Assembly: GCA_024653345.1 (NCBI GenBank)
Contig: JANLFV010000002.1
Location: 4,830-68,829, forward strand
From: Candidatus Acetothermia bacterium
GTDB taxonomy: Bacteria > Bipolaricaulota > Bipolaricaulia > RBG-16-55-9 > JANLFV01
DNA: 64,000 nucleotides
Direction of reading: 5' to 3'
Each line of letters begins with the position of its first letter. Within the stretch, counting starts at the first letter, position 1. A model generated the notes under the pieces. That model did no database searches. It had not been told where the DNA came from and saw nothing but the letters and a program-made list of their open reading frames with translations. The translations under genes and the position numbers were made by a program. Positions 48,644 through 58,200 of the stretch are shown here, piece by piece.

Positions 48644-49771
48644 CTACTTCAGGCCGTGGATCGGGAAGACGGTCTCCCTGAGCTTGCGGATGGTTCTATC
48701 TAGATCCTCCAGGACATCCGTCGGGGTCGAATGCCGATCCGGCTCATCGCGAAGCCTATCAAGTCGAACATCGTAGCGAGACGCCAGCTCGCGCCAGGAC
48801 GCGGGGACCTCGTCGGGGATCTCTACTCCGTTCATCTTCGCCCAGGCGAGCGTCCAGGCCCGGGTGACATTACCTATGTTATATCCCCCGCCACCGAGGG
48901 CCAGCCAGGGCACTCCTAACCCCTTGAAGAGCTCGATCGCCCTGAGGAAGCCGTTAGTCGTGAATGAGAGGGAAGTGAGCGGGTCGCCACGGAGCCCGTC
49001 GGCCCCGAGCTGGGTCACCAGGGCCTCCGGCTTGTAGGCCTCGAGCAGCGGGAGGACCACCTCCTCTAATGCCCTGATGAAGGCATCATCCCTTGCGCCG
49101 GGGAGGAAGGGGATGTTCACCGCATACCCCTTCCCCTGGCCCTCGCCGATCTCTTCCACGAAGCCCGTCCCGGGGAAGAGGTAGTAGCCGCTCTCGTGGG
49201 TCGAGATCGTCAGGACCCTGTCCGTGTCATAAAACGCAAATTGCACCCCATCCCCGTGGTGGGCGTCGATGTCCACATAGGCGATCCGCGAGAACCCTTG
49301 GAGCAGCTTGTTGATCGCTAGGACGACATCGTTGATGTGGCAGAAGCCGGAGGCCCGCGCGGGCATCGCATGGTGGAGCCCGCCGGCGATGTTGAACGCG
49401 GGCCGCGCCCGGCCCGCTAACACCTCTTCAGCCGCCACGAGCGAGCTCCCCGCGGCCAGCGTCGCCCAGCGGTAGACCCCCGAGAAGACGGGGTTATCCC
49501 CCGTCCCGAGGCCGTGCTCGAAGAGGTTGGGGGTCCAGAGGCCGCTGTCGCAGAGCTGGAGGACCTCGAGATAACCGCTGTTATGGAAGGAGAGGGCCTC
49601 CTCCTCCGTCGCCTCCCGGGGCTCCACCAAGTAGATCCCCTCCATCTTCGTTAGGCCGTAGGCCTCCATCAGGGCGAAGGTCAGCCCGAGCCGGTAGACC
49701 TTCAAGGGGTGGCCCGGGCCGAAGTCCAGGCTCTGGAACCGATCGACCTTCACTAGACAGGAGCGGGCCAT
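48644..49771 (-). CDS. histone deacetylase family protein (AcuC-like)
   Basis: 375 aa with GFCHINDVVLAI and DIDAHHGDG, the zinc-binding deacetylase motifs. Confidence 0.85.
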   Translation of the reverse strand: MARSCLVKVDRFQSLDFGPGHPLKVYRLGLTFALMEAYGLTKMEGIYLVEPREATEEEALSFHNSGYLEVLQLCDSGLWTPNLFEHGLGTGDNPVFSGVYRWATLAAGSSLVAAEEVLAGRARPAFNIAGGLHHAMPARASGFCHINDVVLAINKLLQGFSRIAYVDIDAHHGDGVQFAFYDTDRVLTISTHESGYYLFPGTGFVEEIGEGQGKGYAVNIPFLPGARDDAFIRALEEVVLPLLEAYKPEALVTQLGADGLRGDPLTSLSFTTNGFLRAIELFKGLGVPWLALGGGGYNIGNVTRAWTLAWAKMNGVEIPDEVPASWRELASRYDVRLDRLRDEPDRHSTPTDVLEDLDRTIRKLRETVFPIHGLK

Positions 49772-49774
49772 CGG

Positions 49775-50731
49775 CTATTGTCTCGCCTTCTCCAGGGTGA
49801 TCCAGGCCGGCCGGCGGGCGAAGCCCAGCTTCTGGTTGATGTGGAGTATCCCCACATTGTTCGAGTTGTTCCAGGTCTTGATCACCCGGAAGCCGTGGGA
49901 CTTGGCGTATTCGATCGTGCGGAGCTTGAGGGCCATGGCGATTCCTCGCCCCCGATACTCCCGCCGGACGCCCGTCAGGCCCTGATACAAGTCCTTAGGC
50001 TCCTCCTTGCTCCGCCAGAGGTCGCTCTGGCCGACATAGACCGGGCTGTCCTTGGCGATGAAGTAGGCGTCGGGAATCGCGTTAGGATGCCGAATGTTAT
50101 ACTCGAGGAAGTGCTCGAACGGGGGCGGAGTGTAGGGTGCTGGGCTGGGCACATCGACCATGATCAAGTTGGATAGCTCGTAGAGCTTCTCCAGGCACTG
50201 CGGGTCGCGCTCCCGCTCCTCCGCGAGAGTAGTTATCTCTATCCCCTGGGCCTCGGCCCGCTCCGCTTCCCCGGCGAACTTGGCGAAGTCGAACGCGCTC
50301 ACATCGAGCCAGGACTCCCACTCCCGCATCTTCTCCCGGAACCCGCGCCGCTCCGCGAAGGCCAGCCCCGCAGGGCGATCCTCGCGGACCTGGGCCCAGA
50401 CAATCTCGGCGGGGAGGGCTTCAAGTTCCTCATTGAGTCTATTGTAAAGGGCTCTCCCGACCCCCCGGCCCTGATGGCGCGGCTGGACCGCGACCGTGAG
50501 CCAGAACCGGCGAGGATGGAACATGTGCGGGCTGTGGCGGTATTGGCCATAGCCGACGACCTCGTCCCCGAGTTGGGCCACATATCGCCTCAGGGTATAT
50601 TTGGTCCGATCGAAGTGCTCATCGTCGTAGCGCCACTCCTCAGCGCTGTAGCGATACTCGGGATAGATCGCGCGGTCGATCTCACACAGCGCCTCATAGT
50701 CCTGCGGCTCGAACTGTCGTAGCTTGATCAT
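49775..50731 (-). CDS. tandem-domain GNAT N-acetyltransferase
   Basis: Two acetyl-CoA binding motifs, QGRGVGRAL and RGRGIAMAL. Start trimmed to MIKLRQFEPQDYE at 50731, with an AAGGGGG ribosome-binding site. Confidence 0.75.
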   Translation of the reverse strand: MIKLRQFEPQDYEALCEIDRAIYPEYRYSAEEWRYDDEHFDRTKYTLRRYVAQLGDEVVGYGQYRHSPHMFHPRRFWLTVAVQPRHQGRGVGRALYNRLNEELEALPAEIVWAQVREDRPAGLAFAERRGFREKMREWESWLDVSAFDFAKFAGEAERAEAQGIEITTLAEERERDPQCLEKLYELSNLIMVDVPSPAPYTPPPFEHFLEYNIRHPNAIPDAYFIAKDSPVYVGQSDLWRSKEEPKDLYQGLTGVRREYRGRGIAMALKLRTIEYAKSHGFRVIKTWNNSNNVGILHINQKLGFARRPAWITLEKARQ

Positions 50732-50876
50732 TGTCGCCCCCTTTGGCTGGCGAATTGTATGAAATGCGCGGCGGGTCTTCAACCACGCCGGCGGGGACGG
50801 CCGTCAGTGGCGAGCTATCGGTCCCCGCCATATAATTCCAGGACCGAGGCCTAGGGCCTGTCTGCTTCCGGAAGGA

Positions 50877-51482
50877 GTGCTCATGAACTTTCTCTCATTC
50901 CTCGACTCGGGCACCGTCGCCTGGGTCCTGCCGCTGTTCATCTTCCTGGCCCGAATCGTCGATGTCAGCATGGGGACAGTGCGTGTGATCTTCATCGCCC
51001 GCGGGTTGAAGCTCCTCGCGCCGCTGCTCGGCTTCGTCGAGGTGCTCGTCTGGCTGCTTGCTATCGGGCAGATCATGCAGAATCTCACCAACTTCGTCTC
51101 TTACCTAGCCTATGCCAGTGGGTTTGCTCTGGGCACTTTCGTGGGAATTATCATCGAGGACAAGCTCTCGCTGGGGCTGGTGCTCTTTCGGATCATCACC
51201 CAGCGTGAGGCGGAGGAGCTGATCGAGTGGCTCAAGTCAGAGCACTACGGCGTGACCGTCGTGCCCGCGCAAGGGGCCAAGGGGCCTGTAAGGATCATCT
51301 TCACCGTAGTGAAGCGGCGCGATATCCCCGCTGTTGCCGCCAAGATCCAGGAGTTCAATCCCCATGCATTCTACTCCGTCGAGGATGTCCGCTTCGTGAG
51401 CGAAGGGGTCTTCCCGTTGCCGAGGGCTCGCTCGCAGCGCCTTTCGCATCGGCTCCTCAAGCTGGCCCGGAAGGGGAAGTGA
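50877..51482 (+). CDS. UPF0316/DUF2179 family membrane protein
   Basis: 201 aa with an N-terminal three-helix transmembrane domain and a C-terminal soluble domain (YGVTVVPAQGAKG). Confidence 0.55.
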   Translation: MLMNFLSFLDSGTVAWVLPLFIFLARIVDVSMGTVRVIFIARGLKLLAPLLGFVEVLVWLLAIGQIMQNLTNFVSYLAYASGFALGTFVGIIIEDKLSLGLVLFRIITQREAEELIEWLKSEHYGVTVVPAQGAKGPVRIIFTVVKRRDIPAVAAKIQEFNPHAFYSVEDVRFVSEGVFPLPRARSQRLSHRLLKLARKGK

Positions 51483-51832
51483 ACAGCCGCGGCTGGGGCA
51501 GGGAAATCGGCCGGCCCGGGGGAGGCCGAGTTCACCCCGGGTGGCCGCCGCGGAGGCCAAACGCAGGGCGCTCAGCGGCCAATTCTGGAGCAGCCGACAC
51601 CTAAGGTGTGTCATCGTATATCCTAGGCACGCCGCTATCATGTGCCAACCATGGATGGTCATGGAGTCATGTGCATGCAATGGCCTTGGTGCCTAAGCTA
51701 TGAGGCGCCATGGCAGGATCTGTGCCGACGTAACACAAGAGGACTTCTGTTACAAGGACGTCGCCTCGGCGGCGGAAACACCTTTCACATCGCGCTTCTC
51801 GGAGGTCGGCTCCGGGAACGGCTCTGAACGCC

Positions 51833-51861
51833 TTGCGATCACTTGAAACACAGCGTATAAT
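51833..51861 (+). promoter_or_regulatory. promoter (TTGCGA-N17-TATAAT) upstream of the recombinase gene
   Basis: TTGCGA at 51833-51838, a 17-nt spacer, then TATAAT at 51856-51861. Confidence 0.35.
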
Positions 51862-51895
51862 TTGGGCGAATTTGTTACATCGACCGGAGGGCGGG

Positions 51896-52474
51896 ATGAA
51901 GGTTGTAGAGCCTATCAGGAATCCGAAGAAGTTGGCCCAGATTAAGAGCATGCTCAAGGGAGAGGAGAATCCTAGGAACTATTTGCTCTTCTCTCTAGGC
52001 ATTAACTTCGCCTTGCGAGTCCAGGACCTGCTCGGGCTGAGGGTCCGGGATGTCCTCCGCGACGACAAGACCATCAAGGATTTCCTCTTCGTGCGGGAGA
52101 GGAAGCGGGGGCGGCAGAGGCGGATCAAGATCAACGCCCGAGCCCGAGAGGCATTGGAATACTACTTCTCCAAAGTCCAGGCCAAGCCCGACGACTACCT
52201 CTTCCCCAGCCCGCGGGACAGGAACCGTCCCCTCTCCCGCGTGCAGGCCTATCGCCTCATCAACCAGTGGGTCGATGCCGTCGGGCTGACCGAAGGCCGC
52301 TACGGGACCCATACGCTGCGGAAGACCTGGGGTTACCAGGCGCGGAAGCATCACGGCGTCCCCATCGAGCTGATCATGGAGAAGCTCGGCCACGAGAGCC
52401 CAGCGGTCACCAAGAGATACATCGGGATCACGGACGACGAGATCGAGGATGTCGAAGATGAGGTGGTGCTCTAG
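51896..52474 (+). CDS. small tyrosine recombinase (phage-integrase catalytic domain only)
   Basis: About 192 aa containing R...HTLRKTW...LGH...Y, the catalytic signature of tyrosine recombinases. The start at MKVVEP has a GGAGGG ribosome-binding site. Confidence 0.8.
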   Translation: MKVVEPIRNPKKLAQIKSMLKGEENPRNYLLFSLGINFALRVQDLLGLRVRDVLRDDKTIKDFLFVRERKRGRQRRIKINARAREALEYYFSKVQAKPDDYLFPSPRDRNRPLSRVQAYRLINQWVDAVGLTEGRYGTHTLRKTWGYQARKHHGVPIELIMEKLGHESPAVTKRYIGITDDEIEDVEDEVVL

Positions 52475-52519
52475 AGCCGCCTGGAATGCTGGGCTTCGGC
52501 GACCGCCGCTCCTCGCCGG

Positions 52520-53380
52520 CTAGAGCCTATTCCAGCCGACCTTCGTCGCGTCGGCCTCGCCACCTAGCTCGAGATACGCGCTCTCGACATTCAACCGATG
52601 TGGGCCGATGTTCTCCTGAGGGTGGCGATAGGGCATGTCGGCGCATAGCCTGACCGCTTCGCCCACGGTCAACCCCTCCCGAACGGCCTGCAAGACCCTG
52701 GCCCGCAGCTCGGCGAGGTAGGCGCGGTCCTCCTCGAGCCGGCTGCGGATCTCTCTCTTGGAAGCGGTCGGCTGGCCATGGCCCGGGATGAGGACGCGAA
52801 CCTCCCAGGCCGAGAGCATTGCGAGCGTCTCCTCGTAGGCACTGAGGCTGTGGCTGACGAACGGGATCTCAAGATCGCTCAGCATGTCGGCAGCCCAGAG
52901 GGTCGCGCTTTCCGGCTCGTAGACTACAGCCTGATCTACGGCGTGGCCCGGCGCATGGACCAAGCGGAGCGCCAGCTCGCCCACTGCCAGCTCGAGCATC
53001 TCGCCGAAGGTCTCGTCAGGCTCGGGAAGTGAGAAAGGTTGAGGCCGGTCGATCCCATGCTCCGCAGCCCACTCCTCGATCTGCCAGGGGATCTCATCGG
53101 CGGCTCTCCCGCTGATCGCGGCCAGGTAGTTGGCTTGCGCGATGATCTTGACCCCGGGGAACCGCTCGGGGCCGAGGAGATGGTCCCAGTGGCTATGGGT
53201 CAGAACGATCACTTCGGGTGGCGCTCCTCGCTCCTCGAGGAACCGAGCGAGCGCTTCGATCTCTTCAGGGAAAACCCCGGGGTCGACGAGGCAGGCCCGG
53301 CCCTCGCTGAGGAAGACCCCGCTGTTGCTAAAGTAGAGCCTGCTCTGTGCTACCCAGAGGCTCGGCGTGAGGCACTTCAA
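52520..53380 (-). CDS. MBL-fold metallo-hydrolase
   Basis: THSHWDH metal-binding motif. Confidence 0.8.
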   Translation of the reverse strand: MKCLTPSLWVAQSRLYFSNSGVFLSEGRACLVDPGVFPEEIEALARFLEERGAPPEVIVLTHSHWDHLLGPERFPGVKIIAQANYLAAISGRAADEIPWQIEEWAAEHGIDRPQPFSLPEPDETFGEMLELAVGELALRLVHAPGHAVDQAVVYEPESATLWAADMLSDLEIPFVSHSLSAYEETLAMLSAWEVRVLIPGHGQPTASKREIRSRLEEDRAYLAELRARVLQAVREGLTVGEAVRLCADMPYRHPQENIGPHRLNVESAYLELGGEADATKVGWNRL

Positions 53381-53416
53381 GGATTGAGGCAGATTAACCT
53401 ACCTCGCTCTCTATCG

Positions 53417-54361
53417 TCAGACGGTCGGGGCGACCTTACACCTCGCGAGAAGCTCCTCCCAGCCCCGGTCAATCTCCGCTTGGATCTGGGCGAGCACGTC
53501 CTTCTTCTCCTCCGGTCGGAAGAGATGGGAGAATCTCCCCTGGAGCTTGAGCCAGTCGCGCACAGCGATCGGCTCCTCGGGGACATAATTGAGTCGCCAC
53601 TCGCCCTCATCGATCTCGTAGAGCGGCCAGAACCTCGCTTCCACCGCGAGCCGCGCGATTTCAGTGGTGAACTTCGCCTCATGCCGCCAGCCGCGGAAGC
53701 AGGTAGACATTACATTGATGAAGCTCGGACCCTCCTTGGAGACTGCCCGCTCGACCTTCCGCGAGAGGTCCTGCCAGTGGGAGATTGAGGCCTGCGCCAC
53801 GTAGGGGATGTGATGCCCGGCGACAATCTGCGTCAGATCCTTCCGATGGCGGTGCTTTCCGAAGCTCTCCTTCCCCGGCGGCTCGGTGGTCGCGGCGGCC
53901 CCGAGCGGCGTGGCGCTCGAGCGCTGGATCCCGGTGTTCATGTAGGCTTCATTGTCGTAGCAGACATAGAGGAAGCGATGGCCGCGCTCGAGGGCCCCCG
54001 AGAGGGCCTGGAGCCCGATATCGTAGGTCCCGCCGTCGCCGCCGAAGGCGACGAACCTTATCTCCCCGTCGACCTTTCCTTTCTTCTTCAGCGCGCGATA
54101 GGCCGTCTCGACCCCGGAGATGGTCGCGGCCGCGTTCTCGAAGGCAGTGTGGACCCAGGGGACATTCCAAGCGGTATAGGGGTAGAGCGTCGTCGCCACC
54201 TCGAGGCAGCCGGTGGCATTGGCCACGACGACCGGCTCCTTGATCGAGTTGAGGACTGTCCGGACTACAATGGGGATCCCGCAGCCGGCGCACAGCGCGT
54301 GGCCCCAGCCGAACCGGACTTGCTCCTCCTCGCGCTTCGCCAGGGTCTTGATATTGGCCAA
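53417..54361 (-). CDS. porB: 2-oxoacid:ferredoxin oxidoreductase beta subunit (TPP-binding)
   Basis: GDG...N thiamine-diphosphate motif (GGDGGTYDIG), CxxC cluster ligands near the N-terminus, and gene order with the alpha, delta and gamma subunits. Confidence 0.85.
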   Translation of the reverse strand: MANIKTLAKREEEQVRFGWGHALCAGCGIPIVVRTVLNSIKEPVVVANATGCLEVATTLYPYTAWNVPWVHTAFENAAATISGVETAYRALKKKGKVDGEIRFVAFGGDGGTYDIGLQALSGALERGHRFLYVCYDNEAYMNTGIQRSSATPLGAAATTEPPGKESFGKHRHRKDLTQIVAGHHIPYVAQASISHWQDLSRKVERAVSKEGPSFINVMSTCFRGWRHEAKFTTEIARLAVEARFWPLYEIDEGEWRLNYVPEEPIAVRDWLKLQGRFSHLFRPEEKKDVLAQIQAEIDRGWEELLARCKVAPTV

Positions 54362-54371
54362 TTCTCTCTCC

Positions 54372-55556
54372 TCACTCCCTCAGGTCGATGTAGTGCATCT
54401 CCTTGCCGAAGGTCTTCTCCTGAATCTGCATGAAGACCGCTTCGAGCTGCTTGGCCGTGGTGTCGCGTCCGCCGAGGCCGTAAGTGTAGTTATACAGCCG
54501 CGGCCTCCGCTGGGCTTCGTAGAGCGCCGAGCTCACCTCGAGGTAGAGCGGGCCGTAGTTGCCGAGGGAGAGAGCCCGGTCGAGCACGGCCACCGCCCTC
54601 TTCCCCTCCAGAGCTGCGGCTATCTCCTCGCGCGGGAAGGGGCGGAAGAGCCAGAGCTTCAACAGGCCAACCTTCTCGCCGCGCGCCCGGAGGGTATCGA
54701 CGGCCTCCTTCGTGGTCCCCGCAGTCGAGCCCATCACCACGATCACATATTCAGCATCATCAAGATAGTATGGTTCGAAGAATCCCTGATACTCCCGCCC
54801 CGAGAGCCTCGCGAACTCGGCCTGGACCTCGAGCAGGACTTGCGGGACGCTCTCCATCGCGTCCACCTGCTGGCGCTTCAGCTCGAAGTAATACTCCGGG
54901 AGAGCGAACGGCCCCTGGGTCGTGGGATGGTCCACATCGAGGAGGGGATACCTCGGCTTATACTCCCCGACGAACTCCTTGACCAGCTCGTCCTCGAGTA
55001 GCTCGACCACATCGGCCGTATGCGTGAGGGTGAAGCCGTCGAGATTCACCCAGACCGGCAACAGGACACTGGGGTGCTCGGCGATTCGCTGGGCCATGAT
55101 CATGAAGTCGTAGGCCTCTTGGGCATCCTCGGCGAAGAGCTGGGCCACACCCGCATCGCGGCCGAGCATGGCGTCCGAGTGGTCGCAGTGGATGTTGATC
55201 GGCCCGGAGAGGGCCCGGTTGGCGATGGCCATGACGATCGGGCAGCGCATCGCGGAGGCGATGTAGACGATCTCGATCATCAGCGCCAGCCCCTGGCTGG
55301 CCGTGGCGGTCATCGTCCTGGCCCCGGCGACCGAGGCGCCGACGCAGGCCGACATCGCGGAGTGCTCCGACTCCACGGTGATCAGCTCTGTCCGGACCTT
55401 CCCGTTCGCCACGAACTCCGCGAAGTAGTGCATGATCTCCGACTGGGGAGTGATCGGGTAGGCGGCCACGACATCCGGCTCGATCTGGCGCATCGCCTCG
55501 GCCACCGCTTGGTGGCCGGTGAGGACCCGGAGCTGCTCACTTGCTCTTGTTGCCAT
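54372..55556 (-). CDS. porA: 2-oxoacid:ferredoxin oxidoreductase alpha subunit
   Basis: 394 aa pyruvate-flavodoxin-oxidoreductase catalytic domain, with operon context. Confidence 0.85.
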   Translation of the reverse strand: MATRASEQLRVLTGHQAVAEAMRQIEPDVVAAYPITPQSEIMHYFAEFVANGKVRTELITVESEHSAMSACVGASVAGARTMTATASQGLALMIEIVYIASAMRCPIVMAIANRALSGPINIHCDHSDAMLGRDAGVAQLFAEDAQEAYDFMIMAQRIAEHPSVLLPVWVNLDGFTLTHTADVVELLEDELVKEFVGEYKPRYPLLDVDHPTTQGPFALPEYYFELKRQQVDAMESVPQVLLEVQAEFARLSGREYQGFFEPYYLDDAEYVIVVMGSTAGTTKEAVDTLRARGEKVGLLKLWLFRPFPREEIAAALEGKRAVAVLDRALSLGNYGPLYLEVSSALYEAQRRPRLYNYTYGLGGRDTTAKQLEAVFMQIQEKTFGKEMHYIDLRE

Positions 55557-55875
55557 CTCTCCTCGCTTTCGCCCTGACTCTAGCTTGCTCGGGGACCTCC
55601 TCCTCTTCGGGGACCATCTTGATCGCCTCGGTGGGGCAGGTGTGGGCGCAGATCCCGCAGCCCTTGCAGTAGTCGTAGTCGAACCCGGCCATCTGCCCCT
55701 CCTCGACGAGGATCGCCGCCTCGGGGCAGCGGACCCAGCAGAGGAGGCAGTTCACGCACTTCGCCTCGTCCCAAAGGGGCTTCTCCTCGCGCCAGTCCCC
55801 GGTCTTCTTCTTCGTCCGATCGGGGGCGGCCTCGATCACACCCCCGAGCGGGAGATCCTTATAGCTCTTGAACAA
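55537..55875 (-). CDS. porD: 2-oxoacid:ferredoxin oxidoreductase delta subunit (2x[4Fe-4S] ferredoxin)
   Basis: Two CxxCxxCxxxCP motifs. Confidence 0.8.
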   Translation of the reverse strand: MFKSYKDLPLGGVIEAAPDRTKKKTGDWREEKPLWDEAKCVNCLLCWVRCPEAAILVEEGQMAGFDYDYCKGCGICAHTCPTEAIKMVPEEEEVPEQARVRAKARRDGNKSK

Positions 55876-55877
55876 TG

Positions 55878-56444
55878 CTAACCTCCGTTCGCGCTCAGCC
55901 GCTCATAGCCCTCTTGGAGGGCAGCGAGGTTGGCCTGGACCTTCTCCGGCGGGGCCTTCTTCCCCAGCATCTTCTTCAGCTCTTCCGCGAGCGGCTCCAG
56001 CGGGAAGTCGACGGCCCGGGCCAGCGCCCCCAGGGTCGGAATGTTAGCGTAGCCCACCCCACTGGACTCAGCGATCTTCTCCGCATCGATGGTGAAGATC
56101 TTCCCCTTGAAGTTCGTCTTCCGCCGGACCTCGGCCGGGGAGATCTTGGTGTTGACCAGCAAGATCCCCTCGGGCTTGAGCCCCTCGGTCACCTTAACGG
56201 TCTCGGAGTTGAGGAGGGAATCATCGACCACCACGACCACATCGGGCTCGTAGATGTTGTAATGGACGCGGATCTTCTTGTCGTCAATCCGGTTGAAGGC
56301 CTTCACCGGGGCACCGCTCCGCTCCGGGCCATATTCGGGGAAGGCCTGGACGTAGTTTCCGCGTGCCAGGGCCGCCAGGGCCAGGAGCTGGGAAACGGTC
56401 TTTGCCCCCTGCCCCCCGCGTGCGTGCCACCTGATCTCTAGCAT
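55878..56444 (-). CDS. porG: 2-oxoacid:ferredoxin oxidoreductase gamma subunit
   Basis: 188 aa; the N-terminus MLEIRWHARGGQGAKT is typical of the gamma subunit. Confidence 0.85.
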   Translation of the reverse strand: MLEIRWHARGGQGAKTVSQLLALAALARGNYVQAFPEYGPERSGAPVKAFNRIDDKKIRVHYNIYEPDVVVVVDDSLLNSETVKVTEGLKPEGILLVNTKISPAEVRRKTNFKGKIFTIDAEKIAESSGVGYANIPTLGALARAVDFPLEPLAEELKKMLGKKAPPEKVQANLAALQEGYERLSANGG

Positions 56445-56563
56445 CGTTCCCTCCTCGCCAGAATCGCTTCCCGTCGCATGATAAGCCTCGGGGTAGGCGG
56501 CTTCTATGACCCTGATCAGAGCTGGCGATGATTCAAGTCAGAAGCACATCACCCCAGGAAAAT

Positions 56564-56639
56564 TGGAGCCGGCGAGAGGATTCGAACCTCCGACCTACGG
56601 TTTACGAAACCGCCGCTCTACCTGCTGAGCTACACCGGC
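56564..56639 (-). tRNA. tRNA-Thr (anticodon CGU), CCA encoded
   Basis: Folded by hand as GCCGGTG-TA-GCTC-AGCAGGTA-GAGC-G-GCGGT-TTCGTAA-ACCGT-AGGTC-GGAGG-TTCGAAT-CCTCT-CGCCGGC-T-CCA. All stems pair. Confidence 0.85.
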
Positions 56640-56737
56640 TTGCGATGGTGATTATAGCGGGCTAGCCCGAGGATTTCAACCCTAGGCCCGTTTGACGCCC
56701 CGCATTGCGCCAGCTATCATGCTCAGAGTGAGGGAAG

Positions 56738-57160
56738 ATGAAGCTCTCGAAGAAGGGCGAGTATGCGCTCCGGGCTTTGATGGACCTAGCCTTCCATTAC
56801 GGGAACGGGGTCGAGCCCTCGCAGGAGATCGCCGAGAACGGCCAGATCCCCAAGAGCTTTCTCGAGCAGATCCTGATCGCGCTGAAGAACGGGGGGATCC
56901 TGGAGAGCCGCCGCGGGCCCGAGGGGGGCTATCAGCTGAAGCGGCCCCCTGAGGAGATCACCCTCGGGGAGGTCATCAGGCTGATCGACAGCCCCCTTGC
57001 GCCGTTCCACGATGCCCAGCGCCTGAGGGAGTTGGTGAAGCGCGAGGGGCGCTACCGGGGGCTCTACAGCGTCATTCTCGATGTGCGGAACGCGGTGGCC
57101 GAGATTCTGGATAAGACGACGCTTGCTGATCTCTGCCGCCGAAGCGGTCGGTCGCAGTAG
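56738..57160 (+). CDS. Rrf2 family transcriptional regulator
   Basis: 140 aa with the N-terminal winged helix MKLSKKGEYALRALMDLA typical of Rrf2/IscR. Confidence 0.85.
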   Translation: MKLSKKGEYALRALMDLAFHYGNGVEPSQEIAENGQIPKSFLEQILIALKNGGILESRRGPEGGYQLKRPPEEITLGEVIRLIDSPLAPFHDAQRLRELVKREGRYRGLYSVILDVRNAVAEILDKTTLADLCRRSGRSQ

Positions 57161-57234
57161 GGGCGATCATTTTGGTGAGAACTCGACTAAGTCGATCAAG
57201 GTGGTAAGCTACGGCCGAGCTGGAGAGGAGAAAG

Positions 57235-58200
57235 ATGAGAGGGACGATCGGCAAGGCGCTGTTCCTTAGCCTCCTCTTGCTAGCCCTAGGCGGGTGCAAG
57301 GGCGAGCGGAGGCCAAGCGCCACGGGGCCCGAGCTTGCAGGGACGATCACGATCTCCGGCGCATGGGCCCTCTACCCGATGGTCGTCCGCTGGGGGGAGG
57401 AGTTCCAGAAGCTCCACCCCCAGGTGCAATTTGACATCTCCGCCGGCGGCGCAGGTAAGGGGATGGCCGATGTCTTGGGGAAGCTAGCGGACATCGGGAT
57501 GGTCTCGCGCCAGGTCTATCCCGTCGAGCTGGCAAAGGGCGCTCGGGCCATTGCCGTAGTCCGCGACGCCGTCCTGCCGGTCGTCAATCGGGCCAATCCT
57601 GTCCTGCAGCGCCTTCTGAGCCGGGGCGTCAAGCACGAGACCTTCGTCGCCATCTGGGTTGACGGGACGGTCAAGACCTGGGGCGAAGTGGTCGGTGACC
57701 CGGCTGCGACTGACCCGCTTAATGTCTACACCAGGTCCGACGCCTGCGGCGCGGCCCAGACCTGGGCTGAATACCTGGGATACGACCAAGAGGACCTCCG
57801 CGGGATCGGGGTCTATGGCGACCCCGGCCTGGCGGAGGCCGTGGCTCGCGACCCACTCGGCATCGGCTACAACAACCTGAACTACGCCTACGACCCGGGG
57901 ACAGGGGAGCCAGCCCAGGGGATTGTGGTCCTTCCCATCGATGCTGACGGGGACGGCTTGGTCGACCCCGAGGAGGGACCCTATCGCACTAAGGCCGAGG
58001 CAACAAGGGCTGTGGCCGAGGGCTGGTATCCCTCGCCCCCGGCGCGGGACCTCTATCTCGTGACCCTGGGCAAGCCCGCGGGCCTGGTCCAAGCCTTCCT
58101 CATCTGGGCCTTGACGGACGGTCAGGCATTCGTCTCCGAAGCGGGCTACATCAGGCTGAGCGAGGAGCGGATTGCCCGGCAACTGGAGGAGCTCAAATGA
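57235..58200 (+). CDS. pstS: phosphate ABC transporter substrate-binding protein PstS
   Basis: Lipoprotein-type signal (LALGGC), a PBP superfamily fold, and context with pstCAB. Confidence 0.85.
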   Translation: MRGTIGKALFLSLLLLALGGCKGERRPSATGPELAGTITISGAWALYPMVVRWGEEFQKLHPQVQFDISAGGAGKGMADVLGKLADIGMVSRQVYPVELAKGARAIAVVRDAVLPVVNRANPVLQRLLSRGVKHETFVAIWVDGTVKTWGEVVGDPAATDPLNVYTRSDACGAAQTWAEYLGYDQEDLRGIGVYGDPGLAEAVARDPLGIGYNNLNYAYDPGTGEPAQGIVVLPIDADGDGLVDPEEGPYRTKAEATRAVAEGWYPSPPARDLYLVTLGKPAGLVQAFLIWALTDGQAFVSEAGYIRLSEERIARQLEELK

